From the human T2T-CHM13v2.0 reference genome, Homo sapiens, in assembly GCF_009914755.1 (NCBI RefSeq), contig NC_060932.1: DNA of 64,000 nucleotides, one strand, 5' to 3'. The notes under the pieces are model-generated. The model was not told the origin of the DNA. It saw only the letters and a program-made list of their open reading frames with translations, and did not search any database. Positions 24,280-37,600 of this stretch are shown here, in pieces (position 1 is the stretch's first letter; each line of letters opens with the position of its first letter). The translations under genes and the position numbers were made by a program.

Positions 24280-24470
24280 TAATGGTTCCCAAAGCTGGCT
24301 GATCATCAGAACCATCTCCAGAGGTTAAACAATAAAATAAAATTACAGACGCCCAAACCTAAACTCAGATATACTGACTTAGGTAGGTGGAGGGAAGGTC
24401 CTGGAAATCTGCACCCTAAGGAACTTCATGGGTGATGCAGATGATTAGGTCTGTTTGTTAACCACTGGTT
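24280..24470. mobile_element. MER5A-like MITE
   Basis: aatggttcccaaagctggctg...aatctgcaccctaag...aaccactgg. Confidence 0.55.
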
Positions 24471-24914
24471 TAGAGAATTGTGGCAAGCCTTGGAGAGGGG
24501 GGATTGCTGATTAAATAAAAACACATTACATGTTATCTATGTAATTATCTGTGTGAACATACATACAGGACTTTGATTCTACCTGTTGCTGAGCCATTAA
24601 GTTTCTCCAATAATGCAAAATGCAAATTTCTTGTCAAGAAATGTATTGTTCTCATCATCTGCAGTCCAACTCACTTACTTGTATAAACAAGCACCCAAAC
24701 AAAAACATAACCCATGGCAACACCATGAATTATATAATGTTAACCTATAGTTACTTGCTTTTTAAATATTATTTCGTACCAAATATTATTTTTTAATTAA
24801 ACTATTTCAATTTGGAGGATAGTATAGCACTTTTTTAAGAAAATGAAAGGTAACCCTGACTACAACAACCACATGATATAATTGAAAGAATTATAGAATC
24901 TTCAAATGGAGAAG

Positions 24915-25110
24915 GCTGGATTCAAATCCTCATTCTGCTAATTGTTAGTGGCATAAACCTAGCAACTTAACTCTTACCTCTCTGAGCCTGTTTTCTTATT
25001 TACAGAATGGGGCTGAAAATATCAGTCTCCAGCATCTTTTTGAGAATTTAATGAGATGACATATATAAAGCCTCTATTATCCTGTCTCAGATAAATAAAT
25101 GTTAGCAATG
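24915..25110 (+). mobile_element. MIR fragment
   Basis: ctggattcaaatcc...cctctctgagcctgttttcttatttacagaatgggg...aatgagatgacatatataaagc. Confidence 0.7.
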
Positions 25111-25257
25111 TTAGTTCTTTTCTTCCTCTTTCTTCTTTCCCATAATTCTCTACCCAACTGCACTTTCTTCAACTTTTGACAATAGGGTCTGATACAAAAA
25201 GAGTAAAAAAAAAAAAAAAAAAAAAAAAGAGAGAATTTCAGTCAAGCTTGATATACA

Positions 25258-25454
25258 ACAAGGGTTGGCGAACTTTTTCTGTGAAGGGCCAGACGTTAGA
25301 GCGACTCTGATGCAACTACTCAATTCTGCCACTGTAGCGAGAAAACAACCATAGACAATAAGTAGACAAATGAACATGGCTGTGTTCCAATAAAACTTTA
25401 TTTGCACAAACAAGTGGCAAGCTGGACATGGCCTGTGGCTGTTTGCCAACACCT
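25258..25454. mobile_element. MER58A hAT MITE
   Basis: agggttggcgaactttttctgtgaagggccag...tgttccaataaaactttattt...tttgccaacacctg inverted termini. Confidence 0.8.
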
Positions 25455-28400
25455 GATAATACAGACAGGCTTTTTAGAAATACATGAGTTGGTGCAGGAC
25501 ATGAGTTGGTGCAGGACATGATGCAATGGGGACTGAAAGTCAGAAAAAAGAAGGTTTGAAATCCCTCTTTGCCACCAACTAGCTGGATGACTTTGCAAGG
25601 CATGTCACCTCTCTGAGCTCAATTTTCTCATCTATAAAGATCAAGGGGTTTAGCTAAAGAATCTCTGAAATCTCTGCCATCTCTTTAAGCCTATGATTCT
25701 TTGGGAGACCGCAGTGTCCTGGAGAGAATCACCAATGGACTGTAACCCAAGTTTCAGCATTTGATGTGTTTGTTCTTTCACGGTTGATCAATGAATCATA
25801 AAGAAAAACAGAAGTGCTCCACTCCTAAGTATGATTTATTTGATGAAAAAGAGAAAAGATAACATTTGGTCAAAATAAATGTTATTTTCTCCACAGACAC
25901 AAAGAAGCAATCAGTATGGTTATTCAATTCTAAATGTCATGTGTAATTTCATATGGCTTAAAGTCAGATTGCCATGTCAGTGGCTGAAGACCTGAAAATT
26001 GAAAGTCTTGCTTTTTTCTAAGCGAGCAGTACTCTCACTCTAAATGTGATATATTACGGAGTAAAAGAAATCAATCAAAATTGTTTTTCCAAAGGAAACC
26101 ATTGTGGAAGTATGTTTGTACTGTAACAGTAAGTGTGCTATGTCTTGCAAGAGGAAATGTTAATATGTACTAGAAAATACATAATAAGTTGTTTAAAAAC
26201 ACATGTGATGAAAGAAAGGATACTGAATTAAAAATTGGAGGAACTGGTCTCTAATTCTGGTACTGCTACCAAGTAGCTTAGCCAAAGCACTTCTCTCTGA
26301 CTCAATTCAGTTATTCATAGAAAATATCATAATAGTTATTAGTAAGCCCTTACTAGATGCCACTGTTTTTAGTGAATTATTTCATTTAATCCTCACCCAA
26401 ACCCCATGAGAGACGATCTGCTGCTATTGCTGTTTTGTAGATGTGAAAACTGAGGCACAAAGAGGCTAACTTGTCCACAAGTTATCTATAAAGCATTGAG
26501 AAACCTCTGTTGTCATTCCTGATTCCCTTCTCCAATAAAAAGCCTATTGCTGTGCAGGGATATCTATACAACTAGAAAATTGTTTTCCTGAAAAATCAGC
26601 ATAATTCTAAACAGTCCTCACTGTTCTTTAGAGTGCAAAAAATCACGGGATCATTAATTCAGCTTACAAAATGAATGATTTCTCTGACTGCATTCTTCAA
26701 CCATGAAATCCTAGACAACTTCCAGAAAGCTGTGGCCCAGAACACCCCGATCCCACTCAGAACACTATTTATAAGAATGCCCCGTATGCAGTAGTCTTTA
26801 CAGTTTTTCTTTTTCTCAAATGTTCTTTAGCCTATGTAGATGACATTTATGCAATTCAGAGGAAGATGCCTCAACAGGATTAGTCAGCAGCAAAGTCCTC
26901 TGACGCAGCTTCTGTGATCTAGTTAAAAATAGGAAAGAGGATGTTTTGCATAAGTCATCACCATTGTGCGGTATTGGAGAATTGACCACTTTTTTGGTTC
27001 CCACATCCTGCTAATTTATCTAAAAATAGATGAAAACCCTGTCCCTGAATTCCTGGACAAGACCTTTTGCTTCTGTGACCTCGGGGCTCAGGCTCTTCTT
27101 GTTCTGGGCTCCTTGGTCACTTCACTTCACCCCCTGCCATTAACAATCCCAAGTGTCAGTCTTGGGCTCAGAGCTTCTGCTTTCCTTTTGCCCTCCCAGG
27201 GATTGCAAACTAGGGACTAGAGAGTTCAGGTAGATAACATGAAGCCAACAAGGTGGATGAGGGTAAACTAGACGACGCCCCTTCTTGAAAGGAGGGCGTC
27301 TCTTACTAAATCTCTGACAGCTCGACTGGCTTTTCCCAGAGCATGCAAAAATCCAGATTGGTACAGAAACTTGCCTAATCTTGAAATGTTACAAATAAAT
27401 TAGAATGTTAATTTAAAAAACAGCGTGGAGGTCAAACCATAAGCTTTCAGTTTGTGATCTCTGCCCCACACCCTCTCCTATGAGGAAGTCGTGTGTTACC
27501 AGCTATAACATGAAATTCTACAAAATCTAGATAAACCCTCCCACTTTTTCCAGTTCTTGATTTCTAATTTACAAAGAGTATGGGATGATGATAAGTCCTG
27601 GGTCCTGGTTTCGCTCTGCCCTTTGCTAACTATGGAACTTTGAATGAGTTAGTTTCACCTTTGTGGGACACAGTTTCCTCATCTTTAAAATAGGCAATTA
27701 GAGGCAATGATCTTGAGAGCTCTATCAAGCTCTATTAGCCAGTGAGTCTGACAGAGCTTCATCCTCATCTCCCCTTCCTTGCCCTTCCTGATCTCAAATT
27801 CCACACCACAATGAGTGACCCGAATATTTTCCTGATTTTCTCAGCTTAGAAGTTCGCTTTATTAGTAACTCTCTTGCTGTGTAACTCCCAACCAGTTCTG
27901 TTGCTGCAGCATCCCTTAACCCTCCTCCCCAACCCACAATGTTGGCTGTCACCGTCATTTCCTTATCAAATCACTACATTTGCTTACATCTCTACTCCAG
28001 CTTCTCCATAGCCCCTCAGCTTTGGCCCAGAAACGAAACAAAAACTAATTTAAAAGCACTTGGTTCAGAGCTTTTCCCTGGAAGAGAATTTACATGCAAC
28101 ATTTACAATCCCCATTGCTTATCACAGCCAATCCCCAAATTGCCTGCTGCCTTTGTAGGTTAATGGTCATCTTTAAGTCACAAGCTGGGCATGAGGGGAG
28201 GTGCTCTCAAGTGGTCCCTCATTAGGAAATCAAACATTCATACCCCATGAGGAGCTGTAAGTATTTAGACACTATCTCAAATATAAGTCTCTAACGCATT
28301 ATGGACAACAATGTTACCAAATGCCAGGCAAAGAAAACCTCCCTAGTACTTTTTTTTTTTCTCACAAAAGTGGAAAAAGTTTCTGTCTTTTAAAAGTAGA

Positions 28401-28519
28401 GAAAGTGTTATCGCCCAAAATACAAATTCCTAGTTATCTTTCGCAGGGCTGAACCTTGAAGGCAGGAAGATTCCGGAGAATTTAAACCTCTCCCCCTTAT
28501 CTAGTTTTTCAGCTGGTGA

Positions 28520-28829
28520 ATGTATTCAAGCCGATTCAAGGTGTCAGCAGTATCATGCTCCCTCCAAATTCTCCAGTGAAGAAATCTTCCCTTGTCTTTT
28601 CTGCCTTCTGTGGTTGTTCGCACTCCCCAGCATTCCCTGGTTTGTGGCAGCATAAACCAATTTCTGCTTCTGTCTTCACATGACCGCCTTCTTTCTGTGT
28701 CCAATGTTCTCGCTTCTTACAAGAATAGTTATTGGATTACAGTCCATCATCCAGTATGACCTCATTTTAATTTTATTACATCTGCAAAAAACTCTTATTT
28801 CCAAGTAAGATTATACTCATAGGTACTGG
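28520..28829 (-). mobile_element. MLT1B/C-like MaLR LTR fragment
   Basis: aaggtgtcagcag...cattccctggtttgtggcagcat...atccagtatgacctcattttaa...acatctgcaaaaa. Confidence 0.7.
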
Positions 28830-29600
28830 TGTGTCCGGAATTGATGGGTTCTTCGTCTCGCTGACTTCAAGAAAGAAGCCGCGGACCCTCGCGGTGACTG
28901 TTACAGTTCTTAAAGATGCTGTGTCCGCAGTTTTTTCCTTCAGATGTTCAGATGTGTCCGGAGTTTCTTCCTTCTGGTGGGTTCATAGTCTCGCTAAGTT
29001 TCTTTCTTCTGGTGGGTTCATAGTCTCACTGACTTCAGAAGTGAAACTGCAGACCTTTGCGGTGAGCGCTACCGCTCATAAAGGCAGCACAGACCCAACG
29101 AATTAGCAGCAGCAAGATTTATTGCAACGAGCTAAAAAACAAAACTTCCGCAGAATAGAAAGAGACGCAAGAGAGCTGCGTCGGCAGACTCGCGTGGCCT
29201 GCTTTTATTCCCTTATTTGGCCCCAATCCACATCCTACTGATTGGTCCATTTTATAGAGAGCCGATTGGTCCATTTTACAGAGAGCTGATTGGTCTGTTT
29301 TACAGAGAGCTGATTGGTCTGTTTTGACAGAGTGCTGATTGGTGTGTTTACAAACCTCTAGCTAGACACAGAGTGCTGATTGGTGCATTTACAATCCTTT
29401 AGCTAGACAGAAAAGTTCTCCAAGTCCCCACCAGACCCAGAAGCCCAGCAGCTTCACCTCTCAGTGGCACTCCTGGCGGGATTTTGTGGCACCCAACCCA
29501 GGCACTCCAGCAGCCCAGAGGGAGCTCATCCCCTGATCAAGCACAGCAGGGCTTGCGGAACCCCCGTCCACCTGGAACCCACGCTGGCCGAGAGCGCCCA
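28830..29600 (-). mobile_element. LTR12-family (HERV9) LTR
   Basis: tgtgtccggaattgatgggttcttcgtctcgctgacttcaag is the LTR12 3' end read antisense; six ATTGG (CCAAT) boxes at 29241-29383; AATAAA-type TATA on the - strand at 29204-29209. Confidence 0.88.
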
Positions 29601-29922
29601 GGTGATGTTCAGGACCTAAACAGAAGACCTCAGCAATACATTGAACTGAGCCACCAGAAGCCATATATAGAGAGATACCAAATGTGGGAATCAATACGGT
29701 GTTTTATCGGAAGGCAGAGAATGATGGTTAAGGACCTTAGGTGAGGAATAGGATCAGCTGCTGCACCGAGGGAATCTCTATCCACACCGGCTGTGAGTAG
29801 TGTATGTGTGGCAGACAGTTCTAGAAGAGGTGAAAATTCACCTTGAAAAGAAAAGGTGAGGTGATCCTCAACCAGTATTAGTGGGCCCCACCAGAGTATT
29901 TCTTAAAAGTCTTACAAGTTTT

Positions 29923-30235
29923 AGCCTGGGGGTGGTGGCTCACACCTGCAATCCCAACACTTACAGAGGCCAAGACGAGAGGATTGCTTGAGTTCAGGAG
30001 TTCAAGACCAACCTGGGCGACATAGTGAAACCTCATCTTTACAAAAACTAAAACAAGACGTAACAAAATTTGCCAGGTGTGGTGGCACACGCCTGTAGTC
30101 CTAGCTACTCAGGAGGCTCAGATGGGAAGATCACTTGAGCCCTGCAGGTTGAGGCTGCATTGAACTGATATTGTGCCCCTGCACCCTAGGCTGGGAGACA
30201 GAGCAAGACCCTGTCTCAAAAAACAAAAACAAAAC
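29923..30235 (+). mobile_element. AluJ-like full-length Alu
   Basis: Two arms, (CAAAA)n tail, TSD aaagtcttacaagttt on both sides. Confidence 0.92.
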
Positions 30236-32559
30236 AAAGTCTTACAAGTTTACAGTTGAAGAAGAGACCATGGTTAAAAAAAAATACACTATATGAATAG
30301 AGAATGGCTCAGCAAGATCCATCCTTACTCATTAAAGGGGTGCAAACCACGTTAGGGCCTTGGAAAACACAAATAGACCAGTCTAATAGAAATGGCAAGG
30401 TAAAACAAAATTAAGTGTTCACTGTGACTATTATTCCTATATTTGCTTGCGATGATGTTCAGGTCTTCTTCAGTCTTGACAGTGAGACTACCAGCAGCCT
30501 GATGATGGCAGTGACCAGGAGTGGACAGGGTCTACTGAGGTGGGTGAAAGTTTGAGAGCCAGACATTATTTTTGGAACCAAATGCTTCTCCTAGAGACTC
30601 TTTTGAGGGCTGGCTTTCAATATGTGAGAAGAAAACAGTTTTGAAAAGAGTCAATGAAAATGGCTGACAAGAATTGTTTCTTGGCAAGGAAGTTGTGAAG
30701 AAATTTTATATTTCTAGTTTAAAATGAGTTTAAATGCATTTTCAAAGTTAATTTCTGAGAAGACAATGTTCCCTTAATTTAAGAGATTCTGTATCAAGAC
30801 TAGATGTAAATACGGCTGGGGATTGCCATGGTTAGAAATTTGAATAAAGTACAGCAGTGCCTGGGAACTAGAGGCCAATTGAGAACAGCATAATGTAGAA
30901 GTGAGTTGCCAGGGAAACGAGCCTCCAAGTGAGACACGACCATCCTGCGGGCGGACACCATATACAGAGATGGGAGGGGGACCAGGAACATGCTAGACGG
31001 CCAGGAGTCCTCAGGAGGGACAATAAGACAGCCTGCCCATTAGCTGTCTGCCACCAGAAAGAAAGCCAACGGCTTCCAAAGCCACCAAAAAGGGGAATAC
31101 AATTCAGGGCTTCTTGGGCATTTTCAATCTGACCATATTCATTTGTCATTCATATGTTGGTTTACTCCAAAGAACAGTGACTGAATGCCTTTTGTGTGCC
31201 AGGCATAGGTGTAGGGCTAGGGACTAAGGAGGCACAGTAGCTCGCTGTCGCTGGTTGCTCTCTGGAAGAGCAAGACGTAAACACAGCCACTGGCTCACTC
31301 CTGGGAATTGGGCCTCCTTTTGCCCTGAAGCTCTGGTCCTGTTCCAGGGGGCCTGCCAGGTCTCCTTCCTGGCTGAGGGGCACCCTGACCACTGTGCCCA
31401 GGATTCCAGTCCTTCAGAACTGATTTTCTTGGGCTCCACCTCATCCCCATGGCAGTTGCAGCACCTGCGATCAGCCTCCTCTGTGCTCCCCGACCTCCTC
31501 TGACGCCTCCTGCTGGGCTTTCTCAGAACTTGCCTGGAATGTCCATTTCACCATCTTGGTCTTCCCAACCCTGTGTGTCTTCCCTATCGGTTCTCATGCT
31601 CAGTCCTAGCCTTGACTTTGGCATCTTGCTCCTGGCTCTGGCTTTTGCATGTGACCTTCAATATGGATGGGATAGTGACTCATGGAAAATGCTCACATCA
31701 AAGCTGTTATCCTAACCCCGTTCCTCTGCACATCAGTGAACATAACCTCCAGCTTCCTCCCGTGGGACCCGGCAACACCTCCTCCTGTTAAGTCGCCAGG
31801 GATAAACTTCCGGTTCAGGTCCTCATTATTTTCTTCATTCCTTAGCACCCTCTCCTCAACAGTGGCCTTCTGTTATTACTGTGATCTCACCAATCTATTT
31901 TAAAACCTCCTGTTGCCTTTACAATCTCGCTCATGCTGCATCTTTCACTACAAACCAACTTTCCTTCCAGAGCAACGGACACTGAGCTAGATGTTCATAT
32001 TGTGATCACACTGTAGTTGGATTACTTTATTGTTCACCAACTTCCTCTCTTATGGTCCTTTTAACAATGCAGTAAAGTAAGCAAGGCAGGTATTATCACC
32101 TCCAGTTCACTGATCAATAAGTGAGGTTCAGAGAAGTTAAGTGACTTTGTCCAGGTCACATGCTGAGAAGTGATGAAACCTGTCTTCTCATTCTAAGTTG
32201 GAGCCTTGTCCCTGTCACGTGTCATGTGGCACTTGAGGCTCTGCCTTTTGTGGCACTGAGTCTGTGCCCACACTATGCTCCACTCTTGTTCTAAGACTTC
32301 TTCCTGCTTGGTATGAAGCCAGCATCCTCCAAAGAATTTAAATAAACAGAAACACCAACTCATGCCTGCTTTTTCCCATTTCCTGTTAGACCCAGTGGCA
32401 TAACCACATTGTCTAAGGCCCTCCAGCTAAGATGCAGGATGCTCCATTTTTTCCTTTTTGCCTACAAACGAAACAACGAGAAAATCCTGGGAGGCTCTCC
32501 CTATCTCAGGAGCTCCCTTGAAATCCCAGCCCTGCCTGCCTAGCACTCCTCCTGCACTC

Positions 32560-33290
32560 CGAGAAGCCTCTCCCTGGCACGTTTTTATTATAAGCGCCCC
32601 GAGGGCTGTGTCCACATCTCCTTAATGTTCTGGAAGCTTCGCCCGCTCTCCGCAGACCAGTGCAGGGCGGTACATATTGATTGGTGCGGGCGTGCTTGTT
32701 CTATTGGGAAGGAGAAAGCAAGCCTTCTTGCAACAAGAAATCCCAAGACAAGAGAATTATTTACAGTGAAATTGGCCCCAAAGTGTAAAGCGACTCAGAG
32801 GATTGTAAACCACTTAAGAAAAGGAAACAGAACTTGGGGAGGCGGTGGCGGCGAGAGTAAACAACTCCCAGGGGGCCCGTCTGCAGCGCCTAGGGGAGGG
32901 GAGAGGCCGGGAGCCGCCTCCGGGGGTCTCGCGGGGCCGCCGCTGGGACAGATGAGTCGGAGACAGGCCAAGCCGGAACCTCGCTGGGTAAGGAACAGGA
33001 CCGGAGCGCGCTCCGGGTGGGAGAGGCTTGCGCTCCTGCAGCCCCTTCCCAGGGCCTGCGCTGACTCATGGCGCGCACTGGAGCCCCTGCAGTCGCCGTC
33101 ATTTACCAGCTGGCGCCCCGTCCCGCTCTGCGCGGGTCGCGTTGCTTGCAGTCTCATCCTCTCCTGGCCCACACACTTCTGACGACGCTCCTGTTTTCCA
33201 GCGAGGAACCTGCGGTCCGGAGTGCAGAGGTCCTTCGGCCCTGGCCTCCCAGCCGCTAAACGCTGCTTGTTGGACTCCCAAACGCTGTAA
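32560..33290. promoter_or_regulatory. CpG island between the convergent DCSTAMP and DPYS 3' ends
   Basis: Sharp rise in GC and CpG density (gcggggccgccgc, ggagcgcgctccgg, gcgcgggtcgcg) in an otherwise CpG-depleted window; no repeat consensus recognised. Confidence 0.85.
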
Positions 33291-34039
33291 AAATGGGACT
33301 CTCTTACCTCTTTCTGGCATTTGATAGTTTTCAAAGCGATCTGTGCCTCACAATAACCTTGTGAGGAAGACTCCGTGAATGCTACCACCTCCAGTTAAAG
33401 GAATGGAAGCTTAGAGAGTTTGAGTGACTTCCCAAGGCCACCCAGCTTAGAAAGGGAGCAGAGACGGGCGTAGAGAGAGTCCCTTGGACGCCGTTCTCAG
33501 GAGCCCAGTCAAGGCAGATCTGACACTGTGGTCACATCTCATGACCGTAAGCAACGTCGCCTTTTGGAGGTCGCTTCCCACAGAGTTTGATTCTTGGAGA
33601 GTGGGCAGAGGATGGAAGTAGAAGACCTCAGAAGCAGTAAGGATGGAGCACGCAGGGTGCCTTGCCAGGCAGAGAGGTGACCCACAGGTTCTCCTTGAAT
33701 TAAGAAATTGCTTTGATCAGGGAAATGCTCAGTTATAGAACTTAGGGAAACAAAGCGGTTTCCTAATACAGTTCTGGTTCTCACAGTAGAGGACTGCTGA
33801 TTTCTAATGTGACTTTTTCACAGACCCTCCCTGATCATCTGGAAGGACTTGGTTCTTTACCTCTGGGAAGAAGACTGAGGGGCATCGCAGGTGGGCTCCT
33901 TAAACCTTTTACTGCCATTCGGAGACATTTGCCTTTCAACTCCCCTCTCTCCAACTTTTCAACCACCTAAACTCCCAAATGCCTCACTTATATTCACCAA
34001 TTTATTTTAAAATGGTTATGTGAAGCCTACTTCCTTTTT

Positions 34040-34660
34040 CTAGTTTTTTAAAAATTGTGGTAAAATACATATAAAATTTACTATTGTAACCACGGTAGTT
34101 TTAGAATGTACATTTCAGTGGCTTTTAGTACATTCACTGTGTTGTACAACCTTCGCTACTCTCTAATTTCAGAATATTTGTCACCCCCGAAAGAAATCCT
34201 GTACCCATTGAGCAGTCACTCCCCATTTCTCCCTTGCTGCGGCCCCTGGAAACACTAATCTGCTTTCTGTCTCCACATATTTGCCTGTTTTGGATATTTC
34301 ATGTAAATGAACTCATGTATGTGGCCTTTTGTGTCTGGCTTCTTTTACTTAATGTAATGTTTCCAAGGCTCTTCCATGTTGTAGCACGCATCAGTACTTC
34401 ATTCCTTATTTAATAGCTGAATAATATTTCACTGCATGGATATACCACATTTTGTTTATCTAGCTGACAGTTGATGGACATTTTTTGTTGTCTCCCCATT
34501 TTAGCTATTATGAATAATCTGCTATGAATATTCGTGTATGGATTTCTGTTTCAATGCCTGTTTTCAGTTCTTTTGGGAATGTCCCTAGGACTGGAATTGC
34601 TGGGTCACATGGCAGTTCTGTTACACTGATTGAGGAAGCACCCAACTGACTTCCACTGCT
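34040..34660 (-). mobile_element. L1MB/L1MC-like 3' end
   Basis: attgtggtaaaatacatataaaatttac...tgtggccttttgtgtctggcttc...tgcatggatataccacattttgtttatc. Confidence 0.85.
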
Positions 34661-37600
34661 GTGCCTGTTCTTTGTCTGGCATCACCTCACGCACTGGGAT
34701 GCAATGATGAGTAAGACATAGTCTCTGCCTGGTTGAATTCATAGCCCAGCTGGAGAGACTGGCATGTGGTAGGGGCAATTACAGGAGTGTGTAACTGTTG
34801 ACTTTGTTTGCCCAAACCCAACCCTTTAAGAGGCTCTCTCAAGGCAAGGACTCTGACGGTAACAGTGCTATGGGATATTAGAACTCCAGTCTCTTGCAGA
34901 ATATCAGTGGCCACTGGTCCTCAGAATATGTACCATGTCCCATAGAAGCTGAGGAAAGACTGTGACACAGTCAAGAATTGCTTTGGGGCTTGGAGTAGGC
35001 ATAGAAACAGGGAACAAAAGGTAGTGCCATTGATTTATTACAAAGCATACTTGTAGGCAGAAGAGAGGAAGGCACTAGGAATAGTCATTGTTAACAGGTA
35101 CTGGGGGCTTATCAAGTGTCAGATGCTGTTCAGAATACTTTCATTTAAGCCTCGTGAGAATCCAGTGAGGTAGACAAAATATCAGCATTTTAGAGGTAAT
35201 GACATGGAGCCACAGGGTTTCAGTGGCTTGCTCCAGATCACACAGGGTGGGGCTGTGTGATTGGCTGGAGGGTTAGCAATCTCTGACCATTTACTTCTGG
35301 TCAACCAGGTGAGTGGGGAGAAGGTAGTGGAGTTGAGAGAAGCGAATGGGGTGGTTGGTGAGAGGATTGAACTGACGTAACTGGGGTACTCACAGGTTCA
35401 AGAGTTTCAATTATTATCCTAGATTGGACTGTTGTTTTGTGGTCATTAGACTGAAATTGATTTTTAAATGCCAGAATATTATCTTGCCACCTAAGCATGA
35501 TCATCAGAGCTGTGGGATCTGGCCAAGATTTAACCTGAGAGAAAGAGAGAGGGCAGGGGAGAGGGGAAAGAATGAATGCACAGAATAAGTTTGAAGGGAC
35601 CATAGGAGAAAGTTAAATAGAATAAAGTTACTTTATGACTGTCAAGCCCTGCTCATGCACAAAGGGGTGATTTACATTCTGGGAGCCTCGCACATAACCA
35701 GGAAGAATGAAAGAGTCAGCAAACATTTGCTGAGCAATTGAATGAATGATGTGCACAGTACTCAAAGGTGCAGGTGCATCTCAGGGAAGAGACACGGTGC
35801 CAGAACTTGACACTGCTTGACATTTTAAATTGTATTTAGTTATTTGTACCTGCCTCATTTCAGAAAGATTGGAAGAAGTGCCGTCTCACATCATCTTCAC
35901 TTCATTGCTCGGTGTTGTATTTCTAGATTACAAAACTGGAGCACATTCAGTGGCAAAATTCATGGGATTATATTAAGGGCCTGGTAAACTGGGAACTTTT
36001 ACATTAATCACATCTGCAGAATTAGGTGCCCCTGCTCAGAAACTGCAGTTTCCAGTCAAGAAGAATTAGCTTTCATATCTCGTTACTTAATAAATTAAAA
36101 GTTTTCCCCACTTGAGGTGTTGAATCTTATGATTATCTATAGGGCTGCTATTTTCAGGTGACTTACTAACTGTGACTTCAGGAAATAAGCTGCCTCGTAG
36201 AAATAATGAGAGTTGATTTCTATGAGCACCTTCTGTGTGCTGCTGCTGTGCTGGGTGAATTGTTTACACTATCTTATTTAATCTTGAGGTGGATACTATG
36301 ATGATTCCAGCTTATAGGTAAAGGAAATGGAAGCGTATTCTATTTGGAGAAGACTCACAAATTTAATCTTGGACTCAGCTTTCTCCTCTCTGTGTTCAAC
36401 ACTTTATTTGATCTCTCTGCTTGGATATCTCACAGGCATCTCAAATATAATGTGTCCAAAATCCAGCCTCTGATCTGTCTCCCGAATCTGGTCTTGTTTT
36501 CTTTGGGAATGGCAGTAACATCTATCCAGTTTCAAAAAACAAAAAAAGAGGAGTCATCTTTGGTTCCCTTTTCTTGCTGACCCAGTACTTTACAGTTTTT
36601 TTTGGTCAATTTAACCAATGAAATATTCCTAAAATGTCCCACTTTTCATCTCTACCACCACCACTACCACCACCCTTGTGCAAATTATCACCATCTCTGG
36701 CTTAGACACCTGCAACGGCCTCCTTTCTGGCCTGTAGGTCTCCATTCTGGTCCTCTCCAATTCATCCTTTGTGCTATAGCTCCAGTGATCCTTACGGAAT
36801 GCTGTTCTGATCAGATCAGAACTCTGCCTAAGACCCTTCAAAGGCTTCGTATTGCTCTTAGGATGAAGAAAAACTGTCCTGGTTCCTCTAGGATCATCTC
36901 TGTCTTTCTCAGGCTTTCTCAGTCTCTCTCTTTCTCAGTGTTAATCTCTCTCTCTCTCTCATCTTTTTCTTTCATTTTCTCCCATACTTTAGCCTTCATT
37001 TCTTACTTACCCTTCTAGGTCCTCACCCTCCCCAGCCCCAGCTGCACACATGGCTTTCTGCAGGAAGACTTTCCTTCCCTCCTTTGCCTGGTTATCTCCT
37101 ACTCATTCATCAGGTCTCAGCTCTTACATCACTTCCTCAGGGAAGCCCTCCCTGACCACTCCCCAAATCACCAAATCTTCTTTCTAGTTCTTGTTTCACC
37201 GTATCCCCTTCTTTGTAGCACTACAGTTATATATTTAGGCTGGCTTGTGATCAGTGTCTGTTTTTCCCAGGAGAGCAGAAACAATGTTTTGTTTTTTGTT
37301 TTGTTTTTAAATTCACAATTTTATCACTGGTGCCAATACTTGGCACATAATATATACTCAATAAATATTAGTTGTCTAAGGGCAAGGGCTAGCAGTGAAT
37401 AGGGGAGCGAGGAGGGGAGCTCAGTGTCATATATCCTCTAAGCCTCCCTTTCCTCATCTGTGATATGAAACTAAATGGCCTTCCTATCCCTAAATTTCTA
37501 TCATGCTCTTATTTCTCATCTGAATAAAATTTAAGTCTGAACTATGTTTGGATATAATGAAGACTTCATCCAGCAAAAAACTCTCTCTCTGTCTATTATA

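Noticed and set aside
29236-29410. Regularly spaced ~24-41-bp repeats, superficially CRISPR-like
   Set aside because: These are the tandem CCAAT-containing U3 repeats of LTR12; the spacers are not unique and the DNA is eukaryotic
32625-33388. Overlapping 185-aa (+) and 197-aa (-) ORFs
   Set aside because: Expected in a GC-rich CpG island with few stop codons; low-complexity G/P/R/A composition and no recognisable domain
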